NCBI GenBank assembly: GCA_963702075.1
Contig: OY969703.1
Span: 2,528,203 to 2,592,202 of the forward strand
Reading direction: 5' to 3'
Length of the DNA: 64,000 bases
From: an uncultured Actinomycetes bacterium
GTDB lineage: Bacteria; Actinomycetota; Thermoleophilia; Solirubrobacterales; 70-9
Part shown: positions 55,268-64,000 of the stretch, piece by piece
Numbering within the stretch: position 1 is the first letter of the stretch
How the letters are laid out: every line of letters starts with the position of its first letter
The notes under the pieces: model-generated
Database searches by the model: none
Told to the model about the DNA's origin: nothing
Seen by the model: the letters and a program-made list of their open reading frames with translations, nothing else
Position numbers and translations under genes: made by a program

Positions 55268-55992
55268 TAACGACGCTGCAATAGGCGGGAGAGGAACACT
55301 AGGGCGAAGTCGCGGAGCTGGCCGGCGCGGTGGAGGAAGCCTCTGAGGTCCCGGCCGGTGGCGCGGTGCTCCAGGTCGAGCTCGTACTCGCGCAGGCGGT
55401 AGCCGCCGCGGACGGCGTCGACGGTCATCCCGATCTCCATCCCGAAGCCCTTGGCGAACGGGAGGGTCGCGCGCAGGGTCTCGACGCGGAGCGCTCGCTG
55501 GCCGGAGATCGGCGCCGTCGCCTCGGCGCCGCAGAGGCGCCGGATCGCCCAGTGGGCGAACCCGAGCGCGAGACCGAAGCCGCCGCCCAGGCGCCGACTG
55601 AAGGCGGCGACCGCGAGGTCGCACTCACCCTGCTCCACGGCCGCCACCAGCGGCGCCAGACGGGCTGCCGAGGCGCCGAGGTCGCCGTCGCAGAGGAGGA
55701 CGACCCGCGGCGGGGACGGCACGCTCAGCGCCGCCTCGGCGGCGGCGGTGACATTGCCGCCCTTGCCGTGGGAGCGGCCGCGCCGCACCACCTCCGCCCC
55801 CGCCAGCATCGCCGCCTCGGCGGTGCCGTCCTCGGAGGCGTCGTCGGCGACCCAGACCCTGGCCCCGGGAAATGCCTCGCGCAGCGACCGCACCGTCTCC
55901 CCCACCCGGTCGGCCTCGTTGCGGGCGGCGACGATCGCCGCCAGCCCTTCCCCTTCCCCCGCCGCCGGTTCAGGTCCCGGGTTAAGTCCCAT
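55267..55992 (-). CDS. GT2 family glycosyltransferase
   Basis: LAAIVAARNEADRVGETVRSL...VWVADDASEDGTAE...LLCDGDLG is GT2 (GT-A fold, DxD). The start is the ATG at 55992 or at 56016. The remainder of the 539-aa track ORF is shadow. Confidence 0.75.
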   Translation of the reverse strand: MGLNPGPEPAAGEGEGLAAIVAARNEADRVGETVRSLREAFPGARVWVADDASEDGTAEAAMLAGAEVVRRGRSHGKGGNVTAAAEAALSVPSPPRVVLLCDGDLGASAARLAPLVAAVEQGECDLAVAAFSRRLGGGFGLALGFAHWAIRRLCGAEATAPISGQRALRVETLRATLPFAKGFGMEIGMTVDAVRGGYRLREYELDLEHRATGRDLRGFLHRAGQLRDFALVFLSRLLQRR

Positions 55993-56014
55993 CACCGGGC
56001 TATTGTCCCCGGCC

Positions 56015-56227
56015 ATGGCAGACATCGCGGCACACATCACCGGCAACGTTTGGAAAATCGAGGTGGCAGTCGGCGACCAGGTGTCCGACGGCGACACCGT
56101 CGTCATCCTCGAGTCGATGAAGATGGAGATCCCGGTCGAGGCCGAAGACGACGGCGTCGTCAAGGAGATCCGCTGCGAGGAGGGCCAGTCGGTCAGCGAA
56201 GGCGACGTCCTCGTAGTGCTGGAGTAG
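56015..56227 (+). CDS. stand-alone biotinyl/lipoyl-domain protein (BCCP-like)
   Basis: 70 aa: MADIAAHITGNVWKIEVAVGDQVSDGDTVVILESMKMEIPVEAEDDGVVKEIRCEEGQSVSEGDVLVVLE. It carries the (E/A)-(S/A)-M-K-M biotinylation motif. Confidence 0.8.
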   Translation: MADIAAHITGNVWKIEVAVGDQVSDGDTVVILESMKMEIPVEAEDDGVVKEIRCEEGQSVSEGDVLVVLE

Positions 56228-56232
56228 CGGCC

Positions 56233-57039
56233 GTGGAGGGGCAGCTCGCGGGCGGCAAGCTCCTGCTCGACCAGCCGGCCGAGGCCGTCACGCGGTTGAC
56301 GATCTCCAACCCGGCGCGCCGAAACGCGCTCGACCACGAGATCCTCGACGCGATCGCCGAAGTCGTGCCGCAGCTCGACCGCGGAATCGAGAACCGCTGC
56401 CTCCTGATCACCGGGGCACCGCCGCTCTTCTCCGCCGGCTACGACATCGCCGGGATCCCCGACGAGAGCTTCGAGCGCGACGCCGAGGCGCTCGTCGCCC
56501 ATCCCTTCCACGCGGCGCTGGAGGCGATCGCCAAGCACCCTTGGCCGACCGTCGCCGCCGTCAACGGCCACTGCCTCGGCGGCGGCCTCGAGCTGGCGAT
56601 CACCTGCGACTTGCGGATCTGCGCCGAGGGCGCCAAGCTGGGGATGCCCCCGGCCAAGCTCGGCCTGATCTACGGCCACACGGGGCTGCGCAAGTTCCTC
56701 GACGTCGTCGGCCTGCCGCGGACCAAGGAGCTCTTCCTCACCGGCCGCAACTTCGACGCCACCCGCGCCGAGCAGATCGGCCTGGTCAACGACGTCGTCG
56801 CCGCCGAGAAGCTGGAGCGCGAGTCGATCGAGCTGGCGGCGGCGATCGCCGCGAACGCGCCGCTCTCGATGCGCGGCAACAAGCACGCGATCAACCTGCT
56901 GAGCGAGGTCGCCGAACTGACCGCGCAGCAGGAGGCGGGGCTGGTCGCTCTGCGCGAGTCCTGCTTTGAATCCGAGGACTTCCGCGAGGGCATCCGTGCC
57001 TTCGGCGAGAAGCGCCGCCCACAGTGGCAGGGGCGGTGA
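56233..57039 (+). CDS. enoyl-CoA hydratase/isomerase (crotonase) family protein
   Basis: 268 aa from the GTG at 56233. LLITGAPPLFSAGYDI...AVNGHCLGGGLELAITCDLRI...FGEKRRPQWQGR is crotonase-like. Confidence 0.8.
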   Translation: MEGQLAGGKLLLDQPAEAVTRLTISNPARRNALDHEILDAIAEVVPQLDRGIENRCLLITGAPPLFSAGYDIAGIPDESFERDAEALVAHPFHAALEAIAKHPWPTVAAVNGHCLGGGLELAITCDLRICAEGAKLGMPPAKLGLIYGHTGLRKFLDVVGLPRTKELFLTGRNFDATRAEQIGLVNDVVAAEKLERESIELAAAIAANAPLSMRGNKHAINLLSEVAELTAQQEAGLVALRESCFESEDFREGIRAFGEKRRPQWQGR

Positions 57040-57668
57040 GCGCGAAAGCGCGCAAAGCGCTGGCCGCCGCCGATCCGGCGATGGCGGAGCTGATCGAGCG
57101 GATCGGCAAGATCGACCTCGCGACGCGGCTGCGGCGGCGCAAAGAGGAGCGGCCCCCCGACGCCTACGGCGCCCTGCTGCGAGCGATCGTCGGCCAACAG
57201 CTCTCGACTAAAGCGGCGCGGACGATCTACCTGCGCGTGCTGGACCTCTTCGGCGGCACCACGCCTTCGCCCGAGCAGCTCCTGGAGGCAAGTGAGGAGG
57301 ATCTGCGCGGCTGCGGGCTCTCCGGCCGCAAGACCGAATACGTCCGCGACCTCGCCCGCCACGTCCTCAGCGGCGAGCTCGAGCTCGACATCCTCGAGGA
57401 ACTCGAGGATGAGGCGGTGATCGAGGAGATCGTCGCCGTCCGCGGCCTCGGCCGCTGGACCGCCGAGATGTTCCTGCTCTTCCACCTGCAGCGCCCCGAC
57501 GTCCTCTCCGGCGGCGACCTCGGGATCCGCAAAGCGATCCAGGTCGAGTACGGCCTGGCGGAGATGCCGACCCCGACCCGGGTGCTGGAGATCGGCGAGC
57601 CGTGGCGCCCCCACCGCAGCCTCGCCAGCCTCTATCTCTGGGAGTCCCTGGCCGCCGTCCCCTCATGA
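57024..57668 (+). CDS. DNA-3-methyladenine glycosylase II family (HhH-GPD) protein
   Basis: GQQLSTKAARTIYLRV...VRGLGRWTAEMFLLFHLQRPDVLSGGDLGIRKA is AlkA-like. The start is the GTG at 57024 or at 57036. Confidence 0.8.
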   Translation: MAGAVSAKARKALAAADPAMAELIERIGKIDLATRLRRRKEERPPDAYGALLRAIVGQQLSTKAARTIYLRVLDLFGGTTPSPEQLLEASEEDLRGCGLSGRKTEYVRDLARHVLSGELELDILEELEDEAVIEEIVAVRGLGRWTAEMFLLFHLQRPDVLSGGDLGIRKAIQVEYGLAEMPTPTRVLEIGEPWRPHRSLASLYLWESLAAVPS

Positions 57669-59137
57669 GAACCCGCTTCTGGATCAGCATCGCCGCCATC
57701 GCCGCGATCGCGCTCGGCTCGGTGATCGCCGCAGTCGGCGTCTACCGCAACGACGAGGGCGATTTCGACCGCGTGCAGAGCGACGACGCGGCGCGGGCCG
57801 CCCATCAAGCCGAAGCGGTGGCGGAGCTGTCGATCGGCAAGCTCTCGACCGCCGCGGCATTCGCCCAGACCCAGGGCGGACTCGACCGGCATGAATTCAA
57901 CGTGATCGGCCGCTCCTTGCTCGGCAAAGGCGCGCTCGACGGAGCCGGTTACGTCCCCCGGGTATCCGCGGCGCAGCGGGCTGCCTTCGAACGGCGGATG
58001 GGGTTCGAGATCAGCGAACGCCGCCTCGGGCCTCTGCTGAAGAAAGCGGCGGCGCGCCCGGACTATTTCCCGATCACGGTCGGGACCAGCGAAGCCGAAC
58101 AGCCGCAGCGGGTGCGCGGCTTCGACCTCGCTTCGGATCCGCTGCGCGCCCGCTCCCTGCGCCGCGCCCGCGACACCGGCCAGGCGGTCGCGACGCCGCT
58201 GGTGGGGCTCCTGATCGGCGGCACCGGAATCAACGTCTTCCGCCCGATCTACCGTGACGGCGCCCCGGTGGCGACGACCGCCGAGCGCCGCCGGGCGTTG
58301 ATCGGGTTCATCGCCGGCAGCTTCCGGGTCAACGACATCGCCGCCGCCGCGCTGGCGGTCCTGCCCGACGACGTCGAAGCGCAGTTGCGGGTCGACCGGC
58401 GGGTGGCGTTCGGACCGAGAGAACTCGAAGACGCGGCCACCGCGCCCGTCCACATCGCCGACCGTATCTGGCTGCTGACGGTCAAGGAGCCGGGTGGGCC
58501 GCCCGTCGGGCTGCCGATCGCCCTGGCGGTGCTGGGAATCGCCCTCGCCGCCCTGCTCGCCTCGCTGGTCGTCGGCTGGAATCGCGGCGAGCGGATGCGC
58601 GAGCTGGAACGGCAGGCCGGCCAGGATGCGCTGACGGGGCTCGGGAACCGGCGCCGCTTCGAGGAAGAGCTGGCGGCGGCGATGGCGCGCAGCCGGCGCG
58701 ACGGCACCACCGGCGCCCTGCTGATGCTCGACCTCGACCGCTTCAAGCAGGTCAACGACTCCCACGGGCACCCGGCCGGCGATCGCCTGATCAGGGAGGT
58801 GGCGGAGGCGCTGCGCCGCCGCACCCGGACGAGCGACTCGCTGGCCCGGCTCGGGGGCGACGAGTTCGCGGTGATCCTGCCGCGCTGCAGCGGCGAGGAG
58901 GCACTGGTCGCCGCCGAGGCGATCGCCGAGGAAATCCGCCGCCATCACCCCGAGGACGGCCTCGACCCGCTCACGGTGAGCATCGGCATCGCTCGCTTCG
59001 GCGAGGACCCCAAGGCCAGCGTCGCCACCATCGTCGCCGACGCCGACGCGGCGATGTACGCGGCCAAGGACGAAGGGCGCGACGGCGTGCGGGTGTTCGA
59101 TCCGGTCGCGGTGCGCGAGGACTTCGACCGCAGCTAG
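57665..59137 (+). CDS. diguanylate cyclase with extracytoplasmic CHASE-like sensor domain
   Basis: 490 aa. An N-terminal TM helix is followed by a periplasmic domain (GYVPRVSAAQRAAFERRMGFEI..., CHASE-like), a second TM helix and a GGDEF domain (RLGGDEFAVIL). The ATG overlaps the upstream stop (ATGA). Confidence 0.85.
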   Translation: MRTRFWISIAAIAAIALGSVIAAVGVYRNDEGDFDRVQSDDAARAAHQAEAVAELSIGKLSTAAAFAQTQGGLDRHEFNVIGRSLLGKGALDGAGYVPRVSAAQRAAFERRMGFEISERRLGPLLKKAAARPDYFPITVGTSEAEQPQRVRGFDLASDPLRARSLRRARDTGQAVATPLVGLLIGGTGINVFRPIYRDGAPVATTAERRRALIGFIAGSFRVNDIAAAALAVLPDDVEAQLRVDRRVAFGPRELEDAATAPVHIADRIWLLTVKEPGGPPVGLPIALAVLGIALAALLASLVVGWNRGERMRELERQAGQDALTGLGNRRRFEEELAAAMARSRRDGTTGALLMLDLDRFKQVNDSHGHPAGDRLIREVAEALRRRTRTSDSLARLGGDEFAVILPRCSGEEALVAAEAIAEEIRRHHPEDGLDPLTVSIGIARFGEDPKASVATIVADADAAMYAAKDEGRDGVRVFDPVAVREDFDRS

Positions 59138-60285
59138 GGAGCCAGGTCCCCCCGCAGGGCGAGGACGCGCTCGGCGGCGGCTTCGAACTGGCCCCGGTCG
59201 AGGGCATCGGAGCTCAATTCGCGGACCAGGGCGCGGCGGGCGGCCTCGGCCGGAGCGAGTTCGGTGAACAGGAGCAGGTCGCAGCCGGCACGGGCGGCGG
59301 CGAGGCCGCTCTTCGCCGGTCCTCCATAGGCGCCGACCGCGACGGTGTTGAGAGCGTCGGTCATCGCCACCCCCCGGTAGCCGATCCGCTCGCGCAACTC
59401 GCCGGTGACCAGCGCCGGCGAGAACGCCGCCGGGGCGTCGGAGAAGGCCGGGTAGATCGCGGTGCTGACCATCACCATGTCGCCGCCGATGCGGGAGTAG
59501 GCCGCGTACGGGGCCTCGTCGATCCGCCGCAGTTGCGCCTTCGAGAGGCCGATGCGGCCGACTTCTACGTCGGTGTCTTCGGGAGCCGCGCCGAGCCCCG
59601 GGAAGTGCTTCGCGGTCGCCGCCACCCCGGCCCGCTGCAGACCCGCCGCGAACGCCACGCCGTTCGCGGTCACCTTGGTCGCCGTCGAGCCGAAGCCCCG
59701 GTAGTAGTGCGCGGTCGAAGAGCCCGGCCTGGCGACGTCGAGGACCGGGGCGATGTCGACGTTGACGCCGAGGCTGCGCAGGTTCTCGCCGGTGCGCGTG
59801 CCTTCGCGGCGGCTGAAGGCGGGGCCCCGCTCGCCCATCGCCAGCGCCGAGACGCTCGGGGCGCCGTCGACCCGCTTGACCAGCCCTCCCTCCTGGTCGA
59901 GCAAGATCAGCAGCGGATCCCTGAGACCGGCCGGCCGCGGCAGCGCCTGCAGCCGGGCGATCAGGCGCCGGCCGGAGGGGCGACTGGGGAAGTTGCCGGC
60001 GTAGAGGACGACCCCGGCGAGGTCGCCGCGGCGGATCGCCTGCTTCAGTTCTGCCGGAACGGTGGTGCCGCTGAGCCCGACGACGATCCGCTCGCCCGCG
60101 AGCCGGCCGGGCGAAAGGGCGCTCGCGCGTTCGCCCTTGGACGCATCGCCGCCGCCGAACCCCGTGTGGCTGTCGCTCCCCGCCGGCCCCTTCCCCAGCG
60201 CCAGGCCGACCACGAAGGCGAGGATCGCCAGACACGAGAGCGTCCCCATCGCCGCCCGGCGCCGCCGCTTGACCGCCCGCTGCAT
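59134..60285 (-). CDS. glycoside hydrolase family 3 (NagZ-like beta-N-acetylhexosaminidase), exported
   Basis: ILLDQEGGLVKRV ... NVDIAPVLDV ... KHFPGLG is a GH3 signature. There is an N-terminal signal/TM segment. Confidence 0.8.
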   Translation of the reverse strand: MQRAVKRRRRAAMGTLSCLAILAFVVGLALGKGPAGSDSHTGFGGGDASKGERASALSPGRLAGERIVVGLSGTTVPAELKQAIRRGDLAGVVLYAGNFPSRPSGRRLIARLQALPRPAGLRDPLLILLDQEGGLVKRVDGAPSVSALAMGERGPAFSRREGTRTGENLRSLGVNVDIAPVLDVARPGSSTAHYYRGFGSTATKVTANGVAFAAGLQRAGVAATAKHFPGLGAAPEDTDVEVGRIGLSKAQLRRIDEAPYAAYSRIGGDMVMVSTAIYPAFSDAPAAFSPALVTGELRERIGYRGVAMTDALNTVAVGAYGGPAKSGLAAARAGCDLLLFTELAPAEAARRALVRELSSDALDRGQFEAAAERVLALRGDLAP

Positions 60286-60329
60286 GGCCCGATCCTAGGC
60301 GTCCGGGCCGCTTCCTAGGCTGCGCCCCG

Positions 60330-61454
60330 ATGCCCCCCTTGATCACCGCCGAGGAGGCCCTCGCCTACGGTCGCCAGACCGAGCACGCCGAGATCGAAGC
60401 CCTGGTCGAACGGGCCTGGGAGGTGCGGCGGGAGAACTTCGGCGACTCGACCGACATGTGCTCGCTGGTCAACGCCAAGTCCGGCGGCTGCGCCGAGGAC
60501 TGCGGCTTCTGCGCCCAGTCCCGCTACGCCGAGGCCGACACGCCGATGCACGCGATGATGGAGCCCGACCAGATCCTCGAGCACGCGAAAGCGGCCGAGG
60601 CCGCCGGCGCCCACCGCTTCTGCATGGTCACGCAGGGCCAGGGCCTCTCCAAACGGGACTTCGAGAAGATCCTCGAGGGCACCCGGCTGGTCGCCGAGCA
60701 GACCAACCTCAAGCGCTGCGCCTCGATCGGCCACATGTCGGCCGACCGGGCGAAGGCGCTGAAGGAGGCCGGCGTTCAGCGCGTCCACCACAACGTCGAG
60801 TCGGCCCGCTCCTACTACCCGGAGGTCTCGACCACGGTCCGCTACGAGGGCCGGCTGCGGACGATCCAGGCGGTCAAGGAGGCGGGCCTCGAGACCTGCG
60901 TCGGCGGCATCCTCAACCTCGGCGAGAGCGAGGAGCAGCGGGTCGAGATGGCCTTCGAGCTCTCCGAGATCGACCCCACCTCGGTCCCGATCAACCTCCT
61001 GATCCCGAAGGAGGGGACGAAGTTCGGCGAGCGCGAGGTGATGGACCCCTGGGAGGTCGTGAAGTGGATCGCGATCTTCCGCCTGATCATCCCCGGCGCC
61101 CTCTTCCGTCTCTGCGGCGGCCGGGTCGAGAACCTCGGCAGCATGCACAAGCTGGCGGTCAAGGCCGGCCTCAACGGGGTGATGATGGGCAACTTCCTCA
61201 CCACCCTCGGCGCCGAGCCGGCCGAGGACCGGGCGATGTTCGAAGAGCTCGGCCTCAACGTGGCCCGCCAGCCCGACAACGGCGCCAACCCGCGGCCGGA
61301 CAACCGCTCCGGCTGGCTCGAGGGCGAGGCGCCGGCGACGCCGATCGACGAGCTGGTCGACAGTCAGGCGGAGGCGAACTTCTGGGACCCCTCGACCCAG
61401 CTGCGGGTCGTCAAGAAGAAGGGCAAGACTCCCTCTTACCCACAGGCGGCGTGA
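60330..61454 (+). CDS. bioB: biotin synthase
   Basis: The radical-SAM motif GGCAEDCGFCAQS is followed by MVTQG...CVGGILNLGES. It has a C-terminal extension of about 40 aa. Confidence 0.93.
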   Translation: MPPLITAEEALAYGRQTEHAEIEALVERAWEVRRENFGDSTDMCSLVNAKSGGCAEDCGFCAQSRYAEADTPMHAMMEPDQILEHAKAAEAAGAHRFCMVTQGQGLSKRDFEKILEGTRLVAEQTNLKRCASIGHMSADRAKALKEAGVQRVHHNVESARSYYPEVSTTVRYEGRLRTIQAVKEAGLETCVGGILNLGESEEQRVEMAFELSEIDPTSVPINLLIPKEGTKFGEREVMDPWEVVKWIAIFRLIIPGALFRLCGGRVENLGSMHKLAVKAGLNGVMMGNFLTTLGAEPAEDRAMFEELGLNVARQPDNGANPRPDNRSGWLEGEAPATPIDELVDSQAEANFWDPSTQLRVVKKKGKTPSYPQAA

Positions 61455-62647
61455 CCGACGTCGCCGAGCGGCTCGAGGAGCTCCGCGAGCGCGGGCTCTA
61501 CCGGCGACTGCGGCTGATCGAGGGACCCCAGGGGCCGAGCGTCACGCTCGACGGCCGCCCGGTCCTGCTGCTCTGCTCGAACAACTACCTCGGCCTCGCC
61601 GACCGCGCCGAGGTGCGCGAGGCCGCCGCCGAGGCGGCGCTGCGCTGGGGCGCGGGCGCCGGCGCCTCGCGGCTGATCTCCGGGAACATGGAGCCGCACC
61701 GGCAGCTGGAGCGGCGGCTGGCGGCGTTCGAGGGCTACGAGGCGGCGCTGCTGTTCGGCTCCGGGTACCTCGCCAACACCGGCCTGGTGGCGGCGCTGGC
61801 GGGCAAGGGGGAGGTCGTCTTCTCCGACGAGCTCAACCACGCCAGCATCGTCGACGGCTGTCGGCTCAGTCGCGCCGAGACCTTCGTCTACCGCCACGGC
61901 GACCTCGAACACCTCGCCTGGGCGCTCTACCACCAGCGCGGGCGGCCGGCCCTGATCGTCACCGACGGCGTCTTCTCGATGGACGGCGACCTGGCGCCGC
62001 TGCCGGAGTTGCTGGAACTGGCGCGGCGGCACGGGGCGCGGCTGATGGTCGACGAGGCGCACGCCACCGGCGCCATCGGCCCCGGCGGTCGCGGCTCGGT
62101 CGCCGCCGCCGGCCTCAGCGGCGAGGTCGACGTCGTCGTCGGCACCCTCGGCAAGGCCCTCGGCTCCTACGGCGCCTATGCCTGCGCCAACGCCGAGACG
62201 ATCGACTTCCTCGTCAACACCGCCCGTCCCTTCATCTTCTCCACCGCCCCGCCGCCGCCGGCCGTCGGAGCAGCGATGACGGCACTGGAGCTGCTGGAAG
62301 CCGAGCCGGAGCTGGTCGACCGCCTGCAGCTGAACGCCCGGCAGCTGCGGACCGCCTTGGCGGGCCAGGGGCTCGGCGTCGGCGCCGCGAAAACCCAGGT
62401 CGTCCCGGTCCACGTCGGCGAGGCGGAGATGACGATGGACCTCTGCGAGGCCGCGCTTCAGCGCGGTGTCTTCGCCCAGGGCATCCGGCCGCCGACGGTC
62501 CCGGAGGGCGCCTGCCGGCTGCGCTGCACGGTGATGGCAACCCACTCCGCCGGGGACCTGGCCCAGGCCGCCCGCCAGATCGGCGCCGCCGCCCGAGACG
62601 TCGGCCTCGCCCCCACCTCGCAGGCCCTGACCGCCCGGGTCGCCTAG
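61451..62647 (+). CDS. bioF: 8-amino-7-oxononanoate synthase
   Basis: The GTG overlaps the bioB stop (GTGA). [11 protein letters not shown]...SGYLANTG...DEAHATG...[11 protein letters not shown] carries the PLP lysine motif. Confidence 0.9.
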   Translation: MTDVAERLEELRERGLYRRLRLIEGPQGPSVTLDGRPVLLLCSNNYLGLADRAEVREAAAEAALRWGAGAGASRLISGNMEPHRQLERRLAAFEGYEAALLFGSGYLANTGLVAALAGKGEVVFSDELNHASIVDGCRLSRAETFVYRHGDLEHLAWALYHQRGRPALIVTDGVFSMDGDLAPLPELLELARRHGARLMVDEAHATGAIGPGGRGSVAAAGLSGEVDVVVGTLGKALGSYGAYACANAETIDFLVNTARPFIFSTAPPPPAVGAAMTALELLEAEPELVDRLQLNARQLRTALAGQGLGVGAAKTQVVPVHVGEAEMTMDLCEAALQRGVFAQGIRPPTVPEGACRLRCTVMATHSAGDLAQAARQIGAAARDVGLAPTSQALTARVA

Positions 62648-62649
62648 CC

Positions 62650-63306
62650 GTGGCGGGTACGCCGGGCCTGTTCGTCACCGGCACCAGCACGGAAGTCGGC
62701 AAGACCGTCGTCGCCGCGGTGCTCGCCCGCACGCTCGCCGAGGAAGGCAAGCGCGTCGCCGTCTTCAAGCCGGCGGTGACCGGGCTCGAAGAGGAGGGCG
62801 AGACCGACCACGCGCTGCTGCGCCGAGCTTCCGGCTCGAGCCAGAGCGACGAGCAGATCGCCCCCTACCGCTACCAGCCGCCGGCCTCCCCCCACCTCGC
62901 CGCGGCGCTGGCCGGCGAGGAGATCGACCCCGAACGGCTGCGGCAGGCCGCCCGCGCCGCCGCCGAGGGCGCCGACATCTTGGTCTGCGAGGGCGTGGGT
63001 GGCCTCCTCGTCCCCTTGACCCCCACCTACCTAGTCCGCGACCTAGCCGTCGACCTGGGCTATCCCCTGGTCATCGTCGCCAGCCCCGGCCTCGGCACGA
63101 TCAACCACGCCCTGCTCACCCTCGAAACCGCCCGCGCCGCCGACCTAGATGTCGCTGCCGTGGTCCTCAATCCCTGGCCGGAGCATCCAACCGAGATCGA
63201 GTTCGACAACCGTGGCATCATCACCAGGATCGGCGACGTACGGGTCGCCACCATCCCCCAGCTGGATCTCAGCCACCCCGCAAACTGGCCGCCGATTCGA
63301 ATTTGA
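62650..63306 (+). CDS. bioD: dethiobiotin synthetase
   Basis: GLFVTGTSTEVGKTVVAAVLA is a P-loop, and ...CEGVGGLLVPL follows. Confidence 0.9.
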   Translation: MAGTPGLFVTGTSTEVGKTVVAAVLARTLAEEGKRVAVFKPAVTGLEEEGETDHALLRRASGSSQSDEQIAPYRYQPPASPHLAAALAGEEIDPERLRQAARAAAEGADILVCEGVGGLLVPLTPTYLVRDLAVDLGYPLVIVASPGLGTINHALLTLETARAADLDVAAVVLNPWPEHPTEIEFDNRGIITRIGDVRVATIPQLDLSHPANWPPIRI

Positions 63307-63358
63307 GCCTCGCAGTACCGGATCCACGCAAACCGTGGGCTTGGGCGAGCTCCGCCTC

Positions 63359-64000
63359 TTATTTTTCCGCCACGTAGAGGTTGCCGCCGGTGCGGTTCAG
63401 AGTGAGGGCCGCTCCCGTCTGCGCAAGGCTCAACGGGCAGGTCAACGGTTCCCCGGCATTCAGCGCCCAGGCTCCTTCCCAGGCAAGGGTCCCGGCCAGA
63501 TGATTGAAGAACGCCGTGCTTTCGGTCAGGGTGAATACGCAGATCGGCCCACCCTGTATTTCGACGGCCATACTCGGAGTGCCGCCGGCGCCGCCTTCCA
63601 CCGCGAGGAAGGATTGGGGGGCATTCGTTTGGAGATATCGGAATTTCGAGGTGTTGAAGGGCGCGTTGAAAGAGAGTCTCGCCGCCGGGGCTTTGCCGCC
63701 GAGGTTGGTTGCGCAGAGACCGGTTTTGCCCGATTCGAGCGTGATCGTTCTCATTCCTCCTCCCCCGGGGAAGCTCGAGCCGTCCGCGTTGAAGACCCCC
63801 GTGAAGCCGCCTTCGCTACAGGAGATCCATTCTTTGGCGTTGACCCGGAACTGGATGTCTTTGCCTGCGTTTATGGAGGCCTGCACCTGGCCGTTGTAGG
63901 TTCCACCGTTGCAAACCAGCGTCCCGCCAACCAGCTGCGGCAGGGCTTTGCAAAGCACGGTGTTGGTCGGCGCAGCTTTTTTCTGGACGAAGACCCATTC
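63359..64000 (-). CDS. Cys-containing, Gly/Thr-rich hypothetical protein, 5' end outside window (probably secreted)
   Basis: The frame stays open to the window edge (...EWVFVQKKAAPTNTVLCKALPQLVGGTLVCNGG...). The track M at 63958 is a GTG inside the open frame. It contains 6 Cys. Confidence 0.5.
   Translation of the reverse strand, partial: EWVFVQKKAAPTNTVLCKALPQLVGGTLVCNGGTYNGQVQASINAGKDIQFRVNAKEWISCSEGGFTGVFNADGSSFPGGGGMRTITLESGKTGLCATNLGGKAPAARLSFNAPFNTSKFRYLQTNAPQSFLAVEGGAGGTPSMAVEIQGGPICVFTLTESTAFFNHLAGTLAWEGAWALNAGEPLTCPLSLAQTGAALTLNRTGGNLYVAEK

Noticed and set aside
57632-60346. 904-aa minus-strand ORF spanning the diguanylate cyclase and GH3 genes
   Set aside because: It is antisense to a well-supported CHASE-GGDEF gene and out of frame with the GH3 gene. 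Its composition is Arg/Gly/Pro-rich with no recognisable motif.

Overview
Gene-dense, very GC-rich bacterial chromosome segment (roughly 70% GC by eye). The gene content points to Actinomycetota, possibly a deep lineage such as Thermoleophilia or Rubrobacteria; this is inference only. It rests on HemQ, two DDN-type F420 enzymes, a DUF3618/holin-X/DUF4235-like membrane trio and a class III cyclase-STAND protein. About 65 CDS can be supported.

Housekeeping and metabolism: metH with a highly structured leader, an envelope glycolipid operon (GT4 fused to a flippase-like domain), hemQ-fprA-bolA-grx-erpA, degV, glpK-plsC, bioBFD, a CHASE-GGDEF cyclase, a GH3 hydrolase and several SDR/VOC/SnoaL enzymes.

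Accessory or unusual content:
1. A 4,194-bp IS1-family cargo transposon (13182-17375). It has perfect 23-bp terminal inverted repeats and an 8-bp target duplication. It sits in the short erpA/degV divergent promoter region. Its cargo is wHTH/XRE regulators, an Orc1/Cdc6-like AAA+ ATPase and a GNAT toxin module.
2. A block of about 10.7 kb (35.8-46.5 kb) of co-oriented secreted proteins of unknown function. It holds a Cys-substituted RTX protein, a 1,224-aa protein built from four copies of an unrecognised Cys-x(14-25)-Cys-Pro module, a 1,143-aa double-propeller protein and two mosaic tandem paralogs of a six-Cys family with a GEW mature N-terminus. A mini-version of the same pairing (single module protein plus GEW-family protein) recurs at 53.5-55.2 kb. 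This is my best candidate for an undescribed system.
3. A MerR-linked CoA-transferase / BKACE / carboxyltransferase / hydratase operon, divergent from two acyl-CoA dehydrogenases.

I saw no rRNA, tRNA or CRISPR array. Many long ORFs in the supplied track are GC-driven shadow frames and were rejected. All domain calls are by-eye motif recognition. Start codons are often ambiguous.
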